Positions 21,869 through 30,854 of a stretch of DNA of 64,000 nt are shown in pieces (positions within the stretch are counted from its first letter, which is position 1; each line of letters begins with the position of its first letter). Made by a program: the position numbers and the translations under genes. The notes below the pieces were generated by a model. The model was given only the letters and a program-made list of their open reading frames with translations, was not told the DNA's origin and searched no databases. This stretch comes from Candidatus Eiseniibacteriota bacterium. Its GTDB lineage: Bacteria > Eisenbacteria > RBG-16-71-46 > CAIMUX01 > VGJL01. The DNA lies in contig JBHGAY010000001.1 of the NCBI GenBank assembly GCA_041946735.1, positions 128,001 through 192,000 of the forward strand, written 5' to 3'.

Positions 21869-21955
21869 TGCCGTAGCTCCTTTCTTCCCTTCGTCTCCCG
21901 GCGGCCGCATCCGCGCCCCGATGCCCGGCGCGCGGGAGCGATCGTCGTCGCCGGG

Positions 21956-22873
21956 TCAGTCCCCGCTCGCTCCGGCCGGATCCCCCTTCGACAGGCGCTC
22001 GCAGGGAGCGCGGTCGCAGGAACTGCCGTCCCCCGCCCAGGTCCCTCCCTCGCGCACGCAGTCGCGCTGCTGGACCATCCGGCAGGAACCGTCGGGCAGG
22101 CAGCAGGCCGCGACGGGAGCGCGGATCGTGCAGATGCGCGAGGTGCAGAAAGAGCCTTCCCCGAGGAACTCCGCGCCCTGGTAATAGCCCGCCTGAGTCC
22201 GAGTGAGCATGACGCAGAGCGAATCCTGGACGCAGGTTGCGCCCATCTCCGGTCCGGGGAAGATCGGGGCCGGGGCGTTGCCCGGGCGGCCGAAGCCGAT
22301 CGCGCCGAAGCCTGCGAGCGAGGTCTCGACCGGCTCCGCCGTGCTGATCTTCCCGCCGAAGCGGGGATCGGGATGCGGGATCAGCTCCAGGGTCCCTTCC
22401 TTGGCCGCCTGCACGGCGAGCCATCCCAGCTCGACCACGCGCGAGGTGTCGGGATGGGTCGTGAAGCCTAGGAGGATCCCTTCGTCGCTCGCAGGCCAAT
22501 CGCTGGTCGGCAGCTCGAGGCATTCCCTGCAGCGTCCCGTGCGCAGGACTTTGACCCCTTCGCTATAGCGGATGCCGAAGCATGCGCCGGCCAGCTCGGG
22601 CTTCGCGCTGTCCGGGAAGGCGGCCAGGATGTAGACGACGCGCGGCTGCGAAGAGGGGGAGATCGTGACGATGGCCTGCTCGGGGGACGGGGTGGCGGAG
22701 AGGCCGGTGTACTTGCCAGCCGGGTCGTAGGGAATCTCCGGGGCGAGGGACAGATAGAGGACGGCGCCCGAATTGTCGCCGACCGCACGCGCCTGCTGCG
22801 CGAAACCCAGCCCGAGCACTCCGGCCGCGAACAGGACGGCCGCGCTCCAGCGCCGCGCTCGACCCCTCTTCAT
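21956..22873 (-). CDS. secreted Cys-rich protein, divergent relative of the TWG-tail family lacking the TWG tail
   Basis: Signal peptide; GDNSGAVLYL...YILAAFP...LAGACFGIRY...LPTSDWP...FGAIGFG; ACCLPDGSC repeat. Confidence 0.8.
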   Translation of the reverse strand: MKRGRARRWSAAVLFAAGVLGLGFAQQARAVGDNSGAVLYLSLAPEIPYDPAGKYTGLSATPSPEQAIVTISPSSQPRVVYILAAFPDSAKPELAGACFGIRYSEGVKVLRTGRCRECLELPTSDWPASDEGILLGFTTHPDTSRVVELGWLAVQAAKEGTLELIPHPDPRFGGKISTAEPVETSLAGFGAIGFGRPGNAPAPIFPGPEMGATCVQDSLCVMLTRTQAGYYQGAEFLGEGSFCTSRICTIRAPVAACCLPDGSCRMVQQRDCVREGGTWAGDGSSCDRAPCERLSKGDPAGASGD

Positions 22874-22882
22874 CGCTCCATC

Positions 22883-22924
22883 CTCATTGCTCACTCCTCA
22901 TGGCTCATTCCTCATCGCTCACTC
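22883..22924. repeat. six tandem CTCAnnn heptamers
   Basis: ctcattg ctcactc ctcatgg ctcattc ctcatcg ctcactc. Confidence 0.8.
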
Positions 22925-23941
22925 ACTCCTCCTGGCGGCGCGGATCTCGCGTCGCGCCCGCTCGTGTTCCGCCAGCGTCCTGGAGAAGTGGTGCTCTCCA
23001 TTCCCCTTGGCGACGAAGAACATCATCCGGCTCGTCGAATCGGGCCAGAGCACCGCGCGGATCGCATCCTCCCCGGGGTTGTCGATCGGGCCGGGTGGAA
23101 GCCCGGTCACGCGGTACGTGTTGTAGGGAGATGCGATGTCGAGATCCTCGATTCGCAGCGGCCCGGTCGAACGCTCGTGAGCATACAGGACGGTCGGATC
23201 GGCATCCAGCCGCCAGCCCAGGCGCAACCGGTTGTGGAAGACGGCCGCGATGCTCGGCATCTCGCTCGAGCGGGCCGCCTCCGCCTGGACGATCGAGGCG
23301 AGGATCAGGACCGAGTCGCGCGTCCAGCCGATGCGGCGGGCGCGCGCTTGCATCTCGGGTGTGAAGCGTTCCGTCCCTTCGCGCACGATCTTCTCGATCG
23401 CCTGGCGCGGGGAGTACTCCTTCGGGAACAGATAGGTCTCGGGGAAGAGGTAGCCCTCCAGGCGCGCGCGCGGCAGTCCGAGAGAGGAGCGCAGGAAGAG
23501 CGTGTCGCGCGCGACGGCGAGGACGGCGAGGGAGTCGACCTCGAGCGAGTCGGCCAGGAGATCGAGGATCTGTTTCTCCTTCCATCCTTCCGGGATCGTC
23601 ACGCGAGTGCGTTCGACGTCGCCCGAAGCGATCCGCAGGATCACCTGGCGGGGCGAGGCGCCTCGCGGGATCCGATAGCGGCCGGGAAGGACACGGCGGT
23701 CGAGCCCCTCGAAGCGCGCCCAGGCGCGGAGCAGAGCGGGAGCGCGCACCCATCCCGAGTCGGCGAGCGCGGCGGTGACGGTGCGCAGCGGGGACCCGGC
23801 CGCGACACGGACGATGCCGCCGCGGGAGAGGGCGCGGGGCGTCGGCCGATCGAGAGTCGAGCGGACGGCGAGGGCCGCCGCGAAGGCGAGAGTGATCGCG
23901 CCCCCTGCCGCCGCCGCGAGGAGCCACGTGCGGGGCCTCAT
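22919..23941 (-). CDS. mltG: endolytic transglycosylase MltG
   Basis: VTIPEG, LEGYLFPETY, LASIVQAEA, RLDADPTV, SPYNTY..GLPPGPIDNPG. Confidence 0.95.
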   Translation of the reverse strand: MRPRTWLLAAAAGGAITLAFAAALAVRSTLDRPTPRALSRGGIVRVAAGSPLRTVTAALADSGWVRAPALLRAWARFEGLDRRVLPGRYRIPRGASPRQVILRIASGDVERTRVTIPEGWKEKQILDLLADSLEVDSLAVLAVARDTLFLRSSLGLPRARLEGYLFPETYLFPKEYSPRQAIEKIVREGTERFTPEMQARARRIGWTRDSVLILASIVQAEAARSSEMPSIAAVFHNRLRLGWRLDADPTVLYAHERSTGPLRIEDLDIASPYNTYRVTGLPPGPIDNPGEDAIRAVLWPDSTSRMMFFVAKGNGEHHFSRTLAEHERARREIRAARRSE

Positions 23942-23960
23942 GCGTGTCGCCGGGCGCCGG

Positions 23961-24410
23961 TCACGGCCGGCTCCTCGCCCGCTCGTCGAGGTAGGACTGC
24001 AGGAGCACCGCGGCGGCCGCGGCGTCGGTCTCCCCCTTCGCCCGAGAGGCCTTCCGGCGAGACCCGGGGGCAGCGGCGTCGAGCCGCCGCTGCGCTTCCC
24101 AGCTCGTCAATCCCTCGTCCCATAGGATGACCTCCCAGCCTCGCCGGCGCAGGCGCTCCGCGAGATCCTCGATCTCCGGGGAGAGATCGCCCGGCCGCCC
24201 GCTGGCGTGACGCGGATCGCCGAGAACGATGGCGGCAGCTCCGGCGGCTGCCGCCTTCTCGTGCACGCGGGCGGCAAGGTCCTCCAACCCGCGTGTCGTC
24301 ACGAACCCGGAAGGAGAAGCGAGGATCCCGTCCGGATCGCTGGTCGCGAAGCCGGTGCGGCGGCGGCCGTAGTCGACGCCCAGCAGGGGGGCGCGCGGGC
24401 GCGAGGACAC
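23961..24410 (-). CDS. ruvX: Holliday junction resolvase RuvX (YqgF)
   Basis: LGVDYGRRRTGFATSD, WDEGLTS, DAAAAAVLLQSYL. Confidence 0.93.
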   Translation of the reverse strand: MSSRPRAPLLGVDYGRRRTGFATSDPDGILASPSGFVTTRGLEDLAARVHEKAAAAGAAAIVLGDPRHASGRPGDLSPEIEDLAERLRRRGWEVILWDEGLTSWEAQRRLDAAAPGSRRKASRAKGETDAAAAAVLLQSYLDERARSRP

Positions 24411-24413
24411 GAT

Positions 24414-24866
24414 CTAGCGGGGTGAGGAGCCGTTGCTCCGCTTGAGCTTCACGAGCTGCACCTTCGTCCCCTGCTGCGGGCGGATCTCGAACTCCACGCT
24501 GTCCATCAGCGCCCGCATGATGAAGATCCCGCGCCCGCAGCTCTTCAGGAGGTCTTCGGGACGGGTTGGATCCTTCGAGAGAACGGCGGAGACGTCGAAG
24601 CCCGGGCCGGAGTCGCGAACCGTGACGAGGAGGTGATCGGGGAACATGTCGAAGCGGAACTCGACCATCTTCGAGGGATCCTGCCGGTGGCCGTGCTGGA
24701 TGGCGTTCGTCCCCGCCTCGATCACCGACATCGCCACATCCCCCGCCTGGTCCTCGTCGAACTCCATCTGCTCGGTGATCCCCTGAACGAGGCGGTCGAG
24801 GACCGGGAGGAGCTCCAGACGGCTGGGAATCGAGAGGGTGATGATTTCGGATCCCGCTGGGTCCAT
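24414..24866 (-). CDS. anti-sigma factor Ser/Thr kinase (RsbW-like, HATPase_c)
   Basis: EAGTNAIQHG, VRDSGPGFD, GRGIFIMRALMD. Confidence 0.92.
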   Translation of the reverse strand: MDPAGSEIITLSIPSRLELLPVLDRLVQGITEQMEFDEDQAGDVAMSVIEAGTNAIQHGHRQDPSKMVEFRFDMFPDHLLVTVRDSGPGFDVSAVLSKDPTRPEDLLKSCGRGIFIMRALMDSVEFEIRPQQGTKVQLVKLKRSNGSSPR

Positions 24867-24909
24867 CTAGACCGTTCTCCCCTTGCCCGCGCTCACCGCC
24901 GGCCTCACT

Positions 24910-25266
24910 TCACGTTCCGGAGATCGGCGAGGCCGAGACGCCCGGGGGCGGCCCGTCGCCCGGCTGGATCTCGAAGACGGTGTTCAGACGGGTGACCGAG
25001 AGGATCGCTTCGATCCTCTTCGAGACGTGGAAGAACTTCAGATGCCCCCCCGCCTTGCGAAGCGCCAAGTGCGCCGCGATCAGGATGCCGAGCCCGGCGG
25101 AGTTGACCCAGGGCACCTCGCCCATGTCGATGTGGATCTCGCGCACGCCGCGATCGATCGCGCTCAGGATCGCCTCGCGCAACCCCTCCGCCTCGAGCCC
25201 TCCCATGAGCTGGCCGCTCAAATGGAAGGCGACCACCCCGTCGCGCGTCTCCTGAGAGAACCTCAT
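24910..25266 (-). CDS. STAS-domain anti-sigma factor antagonist (RsbV-like)
   Basis: IDMGEVPWVNSAGLGIL with the conserved phospho-Ser; ATG 25266 overlaps the rluD stop. Confidence 0.92.
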   Translation of the reverse strand: MRFSQETRDGVVAFHLSGQLMGGLEAEGLREAILSAIDRGVREIHIDMGEVPWVNSAGLGILIAAHLALRKAGGHLKFFHVSKRIEAILSVTRLNTVFEIQPGDGPPPGVSASPISGT

Positions 25267-26267
25267 CCGCCTTCCCCGATCGCCCCCGTGGATTCCCGGG
25301 ACAGGTCCTGCAACAGCTCCTCCAGGTCGTCCGGAAGAGGGGATTCGAAGATCCAACGACGATCGTTCCCTGGGTGCCGGACCGTCAGATGATAGGCATG
25401 CAGCGCCTGGCGGTTCAAGCGGCGCAACCTGCGCGCCCAGGCCGGACGCTCGGCCGGAGAGAGGCGCGAGAGGAACGAGCCGGCTCCCCCGTAGGAGGGA
25501 TCCCCGAACACCGGGAAGCCGGCGTGCTCCATGTGGACGCGGATCTGATGCGTGCGACCGGTGTCGAGAGCGATCTCGAGCAGGCTCGCCGCCGCGCCGA
25601 AGGAGCGGAGCAGGCGGTAGCGGGTGCGGGCGGGCCGGCCTCCGCGCGGGACGACCGCCATCTTCGTGCGCGCCCGCGGGTCGCGTCCGATCGGCGCCTC
25701 GATCGAACCGTCCTTCGCTTCGGGAATTCCCCAGACCAGCGCGACGTAGCGACGCTGCGCCTCGCGCCGCGAGATCTGCTGCTGCAGGGAGAGATAGGCG
25801 CGGTCGGTGCGGGCGATGACGAGAAGCCCGCTGGTGTCGCGATCGAGTCGATGGACGATTCCCGGCCTCTCCGGGGAGCCGGGCCAACGGTGATCCGGCT
25901 CGCGGTAGATCAGTCCCTGGACGAGGGTCGGCTGCCGCCGTCCCGCTCCCGGATGCACGGAGATTCCCGGCTGCTTGGAGACGACCATCATCTCGTCGTC
26001 CTCGTGCACGACGTGCACCGGCACCGGGGCGGGCTCGAGGACCGGCTCCATCGCTTCGGGCACGTCGAGGACGATGGTCCATCCCTCCTTCAGGAGCAGC
26101 GACGCCTTCGGCTCGGGAGCCGCGCCTTCGGACGGATCGATGCGTGCGCGGCCCTCCTCGAGCCAGCGCTGAATGCGGCTGCGCGAGACTCCGGCGAGGC
26201 GGGAGGCGAGGAAGCGATCGATCCTCTCGCCCGCGGCTTCCGGCGGGACGGGGATCGAGAGAGGCAT
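25263..26267 (-). CDS. rluD: RluA family 23S rRNA pseudouridine synthase
   Basis: S4 domain (RIDRFLA...SRSRIQ), RPGIVHRLDRDTSG, TGRTHQIRVH, RQALHA. Confidence 0.93.
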   Translation of the reverse strand: MPLSIPVPPEAAGERIDRFLASRLAGVSRSRIQRWLEEGRARIDPSEGAAPEPKASLLLKEGWTIVLDVPEAMEPVLEPAPVPVHVVHEDDEMMVVSKQPGISVHPGAGRRQPTLVQGLIYREPDHRWPGSPERPGIVHRLDRDTSGLLVIARTDRAYLSLQQQISRREAQRRYVALVWGIPEAKDGSIEAPIGRDPRARTKMAVVPRGGRPARTRYRLLRSFGAAASLLEIALDTGRTHQIRVHMEHAGFPVFGDPSYGGAGSFLSRLSPAERPAWARRLRRLNRQALHAYHLTVRHPGNDRRWIFESPLPDDLEELLQDLSRESTGAIGEGG

Positions 26268-26836
26268 CAGGCGGGGCCCGTCCCTTCGCCGGGGGTGCCG
26301 ATCTGCATCGCGTCCCCGCGCTCGTGCGGCTCGGATGCCGGGCCGGCGCCGGCGGGCTTCGCAGGAGGGTCGGACGCGCTGTCGTAGGAAGGTCCCGCCA
26401 GCATCTTCCCCGCGAGGATGAGGACGCCGAGGGTCACGCCGATGTCGGCGACGTTGAAGGTCGGCCAGCGGTGGCGGCCGAGGCCGACGTCGATCCAGTC
26501 GGTGACCGCGCCGTAGAGGATGCGGTCGACGAGATTGCCGAGCGCGCCGCCGAGGATCATCCCGAGGGCGATCGCGTAGCCGCGCACCCGATAGCGCGGG
26601 GAGCGCGCGAGCATCAGGATCAGCGCGAGCGAGACCAAGCTGAAGCCGATGAAGAAGAAGCGGCCTCCCTGGAAGAGCCCGAACGCCGATCCCTGGTTCT
26701 GCACGTACGTCCAGCGGAGGAGATCGCCGAGCACCCGGACCGAGATGCCATGGACCGGGAGCGACTGCGTCACGATCCACTTCGTGACGAGGTCGAGGAA
26801 CAGGACGATCGAGGCGACGAGGTAGATACGGCGCAA
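26267..26836 (-). CDS. lspA: lipoprotein signal peptidase II
   Basis: LDLVTK, NQGSAFG, GGALGNLVDR, VTDWI, TFNVAD; TTG start with GGAG SD. Confidence 0.95.
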   Translation of the reverse strand: MRRIYLVASIVLFLDLVTKWIVTQSLPVHGISVRVLGDLLRWTYVQNQGSAFGLFQGGRFFFIGFSLVSLALILMLARSPRYRVRGYAIALGMILGGALGNLVDRILYGAVTDWIDVGLGRHRWPTFNVADIGVTLGVLILAGKMLAGPSYDSASDPPAKPAGAGPASEPHERGDAMQIGTPGEGTGPA

Positions 26837-26850
26837 AGAGAACTCCCTGC

Positions 26851-27228
26851 CTAGAGGGGCAGCTTCTCGGCTCGTTCCTGGCACTTCAGGCAGAGCCGCA
26901 CCTGCGGGAGCACCTCGAGCCGCTTCTTGCCGATCTCCTTCCCGCACGACTCACAGGTGCCGTACGTGCCGTCCTCCAGACGGGCGATCGCCGCGTCGAT
27001 CTCGCGCAGCTGCCGCCCTTCGGCCGAGGCGATGTAGAGGTCCTTCTCGCGGTCGATCGCGTCGGTGCCGAGATCGGCTGGATGGATCGAATAGGCGGAG
27101 AGATCCCCCGCGGAATCACGTTGGGTCCGCTTCAGGACGGAGTTCTCGAGCTTGTCGAGCGTCTGGGCGAGATTCTCCCGCTCCTCGCGCAGCTTCTTCT
27201 CGAAGTACTTCAGGTCCTTCTTGTTCAA
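26851..27228 (-). CDS. TraR/DksA family C4 zinc-finger transcription regulator
   Basis: HPADLGTD coiled-coil tip; YGTCESCGKEI...RLCLKC. Confidence 0.92.
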   Translation of the reverse strand: MNKKDLKYFEKKLREERENLAQTLDKLENSVLKRTQRDSAGDLSAYSIHPADLGTDAIDREKDLYIASAEGRQLREIDAAIARLEDGTYGTCESCGKEIGKKRLEVLPQVRLCLKCQERAEKLPL

Positions 27229-27289
27229 GAACTCCTCCTGCCGGACCGCGTGACGCGGACGACTGGATGGCGCCTGTGCCGCAGGATAC

Positions 27290-28162
27290 CTACGCCGGGC
27301 TCGGCCCCTCCTCCGGGAGCCGCTCGAGCAATCCGGTGATCAGCCGGGAAACCTGAGGCGCTGCGCTCGCGGCCGCCGCGAGGATCTTCGAAACGTCGGC
27401 CGGCTCGAGCGCATCCGGCAAGCATAGATCGGTGACGACGCTGAGCGCAGCAACCTTCATACCGCCGTGCACCGCGACCAGGTTCTCCGGCACGATCGAC
27501 ATGCCGACAACGTCCGCTCCGCACCATCGCAGGAAGCGGTACTCGGCCCTCGTCTCGAGATTCGGGCCGGCAACCGCGATGAGCACCCCGGTCGACAGAG
27601 GGATTGCCTGCTCGAGGGCGATCTGCTGGAGGGTTCGACGAAGGCCACGGTCGTACGGCTCCGACATGTCCGGGAAGCGTGGGCCGAGCGATTCGTCGTT
27701 GGGGCCGATGAGAGGATTGTCCCCCATCAAATTGATGTGATCGGCGACGAGGACGATCTCCCCAAGGGAATAGAGCGGGTTCATTCCGCCGACGGCGCCG
27801 GAGATCACGAGGGTGCTCGCCCCCAGGCCGCGCAGGACGCGGATCGGGAACGTCACCTCCTGCATCGAGAACCCTTCGTAGTAGTGGATCCGCCCGCGCA
27901 TGAAGGCGACCGGGACCTCGCCGAGCCGGCCGAGGACCAGCTCGTTCGCATGGCTCTCTACTTCGGAGCAGGGGAAGTGGGGGATCTTCTCGTAGGGCAC
28001 CACCGTTTCGGCGTCGAAACCGCTCGGGAGCGAGCCAAGGCCGGTGCCGAGGACCACGCCGGCGCGAGGGACGAGGCCCGTTTGGCGGCGAAGATAGGCG
28101 ACCGCCTCTCGGATCCGTTCCCCCTCCCCTGCCCGGCCGCTGTTCGCGGCGCCTGACGCCAT
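27290..28162 (-). CDS. punA: purine-nucleoside phosphorylase (trimeric type)
   Basis: VLGTGLG, GRIHYYEG, DHINLMGDNPLIGPN, RFPDMS, GPNLETRAE, VGMS. Confidence 0.93.
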   Translation of the reverse strand: MASGAANSGRAGEGERIREAVAYLRRQTGLVPRAGVVLGTGLGSLPSGFDAETVVPYEKIPHFPCSEVESHANELVLGRLGEVPVAFMRGRIHYYEGFSMQEVTFPIRVLRGLGASTLVISGAVGGMNPLYSLGEIVLVADHINLMGDNPLIGPNDESLGPRFPDMSEPYDRGLRRTLQQIALEQAIPLSTGVLIAVAGPNLETRAEYRFLRWCGADVVGMSIVPENLVAVHGGMKVAALSVVTDLCLPDALEPADVSKILAAAASAAPQVSRLITGLLERLPEEGPSPA

Positions 28163-28179
28163 CCCGCCTCCTCCTTCGT

Positions 28180-28257
28180 CGGTCGTCGTTTCTCGGTCGT
28201 CTGTCCTACCGGCCGTCTGTCCTATCGGTCGTCGATCCTATCGGTCGTCGCTCTCCG
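28180..28257. repeat. intergenic degenerate 16-bp tandem repeat
   Basis: cggtcgtctgtcctac / cggccgtctgtcctat / cggtcgtcgatcctat / cggtcgtcgctctccg, plus a shorter upstream unit. Confidence 0.8.
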
Positions 28258-28331
28258 TACGTCCGCCGCGCGCCAGCGCCCTGGTTCTGCTGCCGGCGAT
28301 CGCCTTTCGTTCGTCCATCCGGCTCCGTCTC

Positions 28332-29363
28332 TCAAGGACGAGGATGCTCGTCCTCCTCGGCGGAAAGCTCGAAGAACCCCTCCGCGCGCTCCGAGTCGTC
28401 CTCGTCGTAGGGCAGGGGCGCGGGCGCGGGGGCGCGCGGCGCCGGAGCCGGAGCCGCCGGCGCGGGGGCGGGGACCTGCCCGGGCGCCGGAGCGGCGCCC
28501 CGGGCGGCGCGGTTGGCATCCGGCGGCGGGACGATGCGCGGGTCGGGGCGCGTATCGCGCGACAGCCCGCGGCCGCTCGGTCCCACCGTCCCGGCCGGCG
28601 AAGCGGACGGACGCGATGGGTAGCCCTCACGGCTCGGGGGAACCGGAGCGGCACCGCCGCGAGACGATGGCGCCCGCTCGGCGCCTCCGTTCTCGTAGAC
28701 ATTGCCGCCGGGATGCGCGGGAGCCGAAGCAGCGGACGCCGACGCGGCCGGCGCGCCTGGACCGGAGGCCGCGGAGGCGGCTGCGCCGGGGGCGGCGGAG
28801 ACGCCCGAGGTGCCCGGCGCGACTCCCGGTGACGGGACGGCGGGCCGCGGCTCGCCTCGCCGCGCCCGCGCGGAGAGCATCGATGCCTCTTCCGCGAGCC
28901 TGTCGACCCCTTCGAGGTACTCGTCGCCACGTCCGAGGAGGTCGAGCTGGGCCTCGAGGAAGCTGCGCATGTGCTGCGCGTAGGCGTCCTTCTTCGCCTG
29001 GAGCTGGCGGATCTCCTCGGTCAACCGGCTCAACCTCTCGCGCGCATCGTCGAGCATCTGCTTCGCGCGCCATTCGGCTTCCTGGATCAGGAGTCCCGCC
29101 TCTCGCTTGGAGGACTCGCGCGCCTCGGCGGTCAGACGCTCCGCGGTGAGAAGCGAGCTGCGCAAGGTGGCGTCCATCTCGCGGTACTCCTCGAGGCGGT
29201 CCTCCGCGTGACGCAGGCGGTCGGCGAGGTTCCCGTTCTCCTGGAGCAGGCTCTCGTACTCGATCGCCACGAGATCGAGAAAGGTGCGGACCTCCTCGCT
29301 GTCGGCGCCGCGGAACACCGTCCGGAAGGTCTGATTGCGAATATCGAGGGGAGATATCTTCAA
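28332..29363 (-). CDS. DivIVA domain protein with long Pro/Ala-rich tail
   Basis: KISPLDIRNQTFRTVFRGADSEEVRTFL followed by coiled coil; TTG start with GGAGG SD. Confidence 0.92.
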   Translation of the reverse strand: MKISPLDIRNQTFRTVFRGADSEEVRTFLDLVAIEYESLLQENGNLADRLRHAEDRLEEYREMDATLRSSLLTAERLTAEARESSKREAGLLIQEAEWRAKQMLDDARERLSRLTEEIRQLQAKKDAYAQHMRSFLEAQLDLLGRGDEYLEGVDRLAEEASMLSARARRGEPRPAVPSPGVAPGTSGVSAAPGAAASAASGPGAPAASASAASAPAHPGGNVYENGGAERAPSSRGGAAPVPPSREGYPSRPSASPAGTVGPSGRGLSRDTRPDPRIVPPPDANRAARGAAPAPGQVPAPAPAAPAPAPRAPAPAPLPYDEDDSERAEGFFELSAEEDEHPRP

Positions 29364-29720
29364 GGTCGCCGTCCTCCCTTCCCCTTTCGGCCCCATTCTC
29401 AGGGGCATGCGGCGCGGAGGCGGCCGTCGTCACGCCTTCGCGGCTCTCGCTCCCCGTGTCCGTCCCCGGGGCGCCGACGGCGCAGCGGGTGGCGGTTTCC
29501 CGAAGGGCGATACTATAGGAAGCGCTTCCGGAGGGGGCAAGGGCAAAATGGGCGATCCTTCCGCACCTCGTAATGCTTCCCGTATACTGCGCGGACCGAA
29601 TCTCGCCCGATCGGGACCGATCGGTCCTTGCGGGCGACCGGCCGCGCCTCCTTCGCCCGCGATCCACCGCGGCGGGCGGCGGACCCCGGCTCGCCGGACA
29701 CAGGAAGGGACGAAGACCGC

Positions 29721-30743
29721 ATGACCGACGGAAGCAGGCAGATCGGGATCACGTTCAGCCAGCACGTGGCGGAGCGGCAGAAGCGGCACCCCGAGGCGAC
29801 CGGCGCTTTCACCGCCTTGCTGCAGGAGATCATGGTCGCCGCCAAGATCATCTCGCGCGAGGTGCGGAAGGCGGGACTTGTCGACGTCCTGGGCCTGACC
29901 GGGCGCACGAACGTGCAGGGAGAGGCGGTGCAGATCCTCGACGAGTTCGCCAACGAGACGCTGATCCGCAACGTCTGCCATACCGGGCACCTCTGCGTGA
30001 TGTCGTCGGAGGAGAACGAGGACCCGATTCCGATCCCGAGCCAGTACCCGACCGGCCCGTACGCGATGACGTTCGATCCGCTCGACGGGTCGAGCAACAT
30101 CGACGGCAACGTCTCGATCGGGACGATCTTCTCGATCCATCGCAAGAGATCCCGGGGACGGGACGGAACGCTCGCCGACCTGCTCCAACCGGGGCGCGAC
30201 CAGGTGGCGGCCGGCTACATCGTTTATGGGACCTCGACGATCCTCGTCTACTCGACCGGCCAGGACGTCCACGGCTTCACGCTCGATCCATCGGTGGGAG
30301 AGTTCCTGCTCTCCCATCCGTCGATCCGGATCCCGGAGAGCGGGAGGATCTACAGCGTCAACGAGGGACGCTCGGCAGCCTGGGACGAGACGACGCGGCG
30401 CATCGTGGACGGGCTCAAGTCGGGGGACAACCCGCGCGGCGCGCCCTACTCGACGCGCTACATCGGATCGCTGGTGGCGGACTTCCATCGGAACCTGCTC
30501 TACGGCGGCGTCTTCCTCTATCCCGCCGACCGCGAGCATCCGAAGGGGAAGCTGCGGCTGCTCTCCGAAGTGGCCCCGATCGCGTTCCTCGCGGAGGCGG
30601 CCGGCGGGCGCGCAACGACAGGGCGCGAGAGGGTGCTCGACGTCATCCCGGCGGAGCTGCACGAGCGGGTGCCGCTGATCGTGGGGAGCCCGCGCGAGGT
30701 CGCCTGGGCGGAATCGTTCTACCGGAACGCGCGCTCCGGCTGA
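29721..30743 (+). CDS. fbp: class 1 fructose-1,6-bisphosphatase
   Basis: [42 protein letters not shown]. Confidence 0.96.
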   Translation: MTDGSRQIGITFSQHVAERQKRHPEATGAFTALLQEIMVAAKIISREVRKAGLVDVLGLTGRTNVQGEAVQILDEFANETLIRNVCHTGHLCVMSSEENEDPIPIPSQYPTGPYAMTFDPLDGSSNIDGNVSIGTIFSIHRKRSRGRDGTLADLLQPGRDQVAAGYIVYGTSTILVYSTGQDVHGFTLDPSVGEFLLSHPSIRIPESGRIYSVNEGRSAAWDETTRRIVDGLKSGDNPRGAPYSTRYIGSLVADFHRNLLYGGVFLYPADREHPKGKLRLLSEVAPIAFLAEAAGGRATTGRERVLDVIPAELHERVPLIVGSPREVAWAESFYRNARSG

Positions 30744-30749
30744 GAGGGC

Positions 30750-30819
30750 GAGTTCCGAGCGGCGCGCGGCGCAGAGTTCCGAGCGGCGCGGCGCAGAGAG
30801 TTCCGAGCGGCGCGCGGCG
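30750..30819. repeat. three tandem 22-24 bp direct repeats
   Basis: gagttccgagcggcgcg(cg)gcg occurs three times. Confidence 0.85.
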
Positions 30820-30854
30820 AAGACCGAGGGACCGAGGAAGGGAGGAACGTGGCG

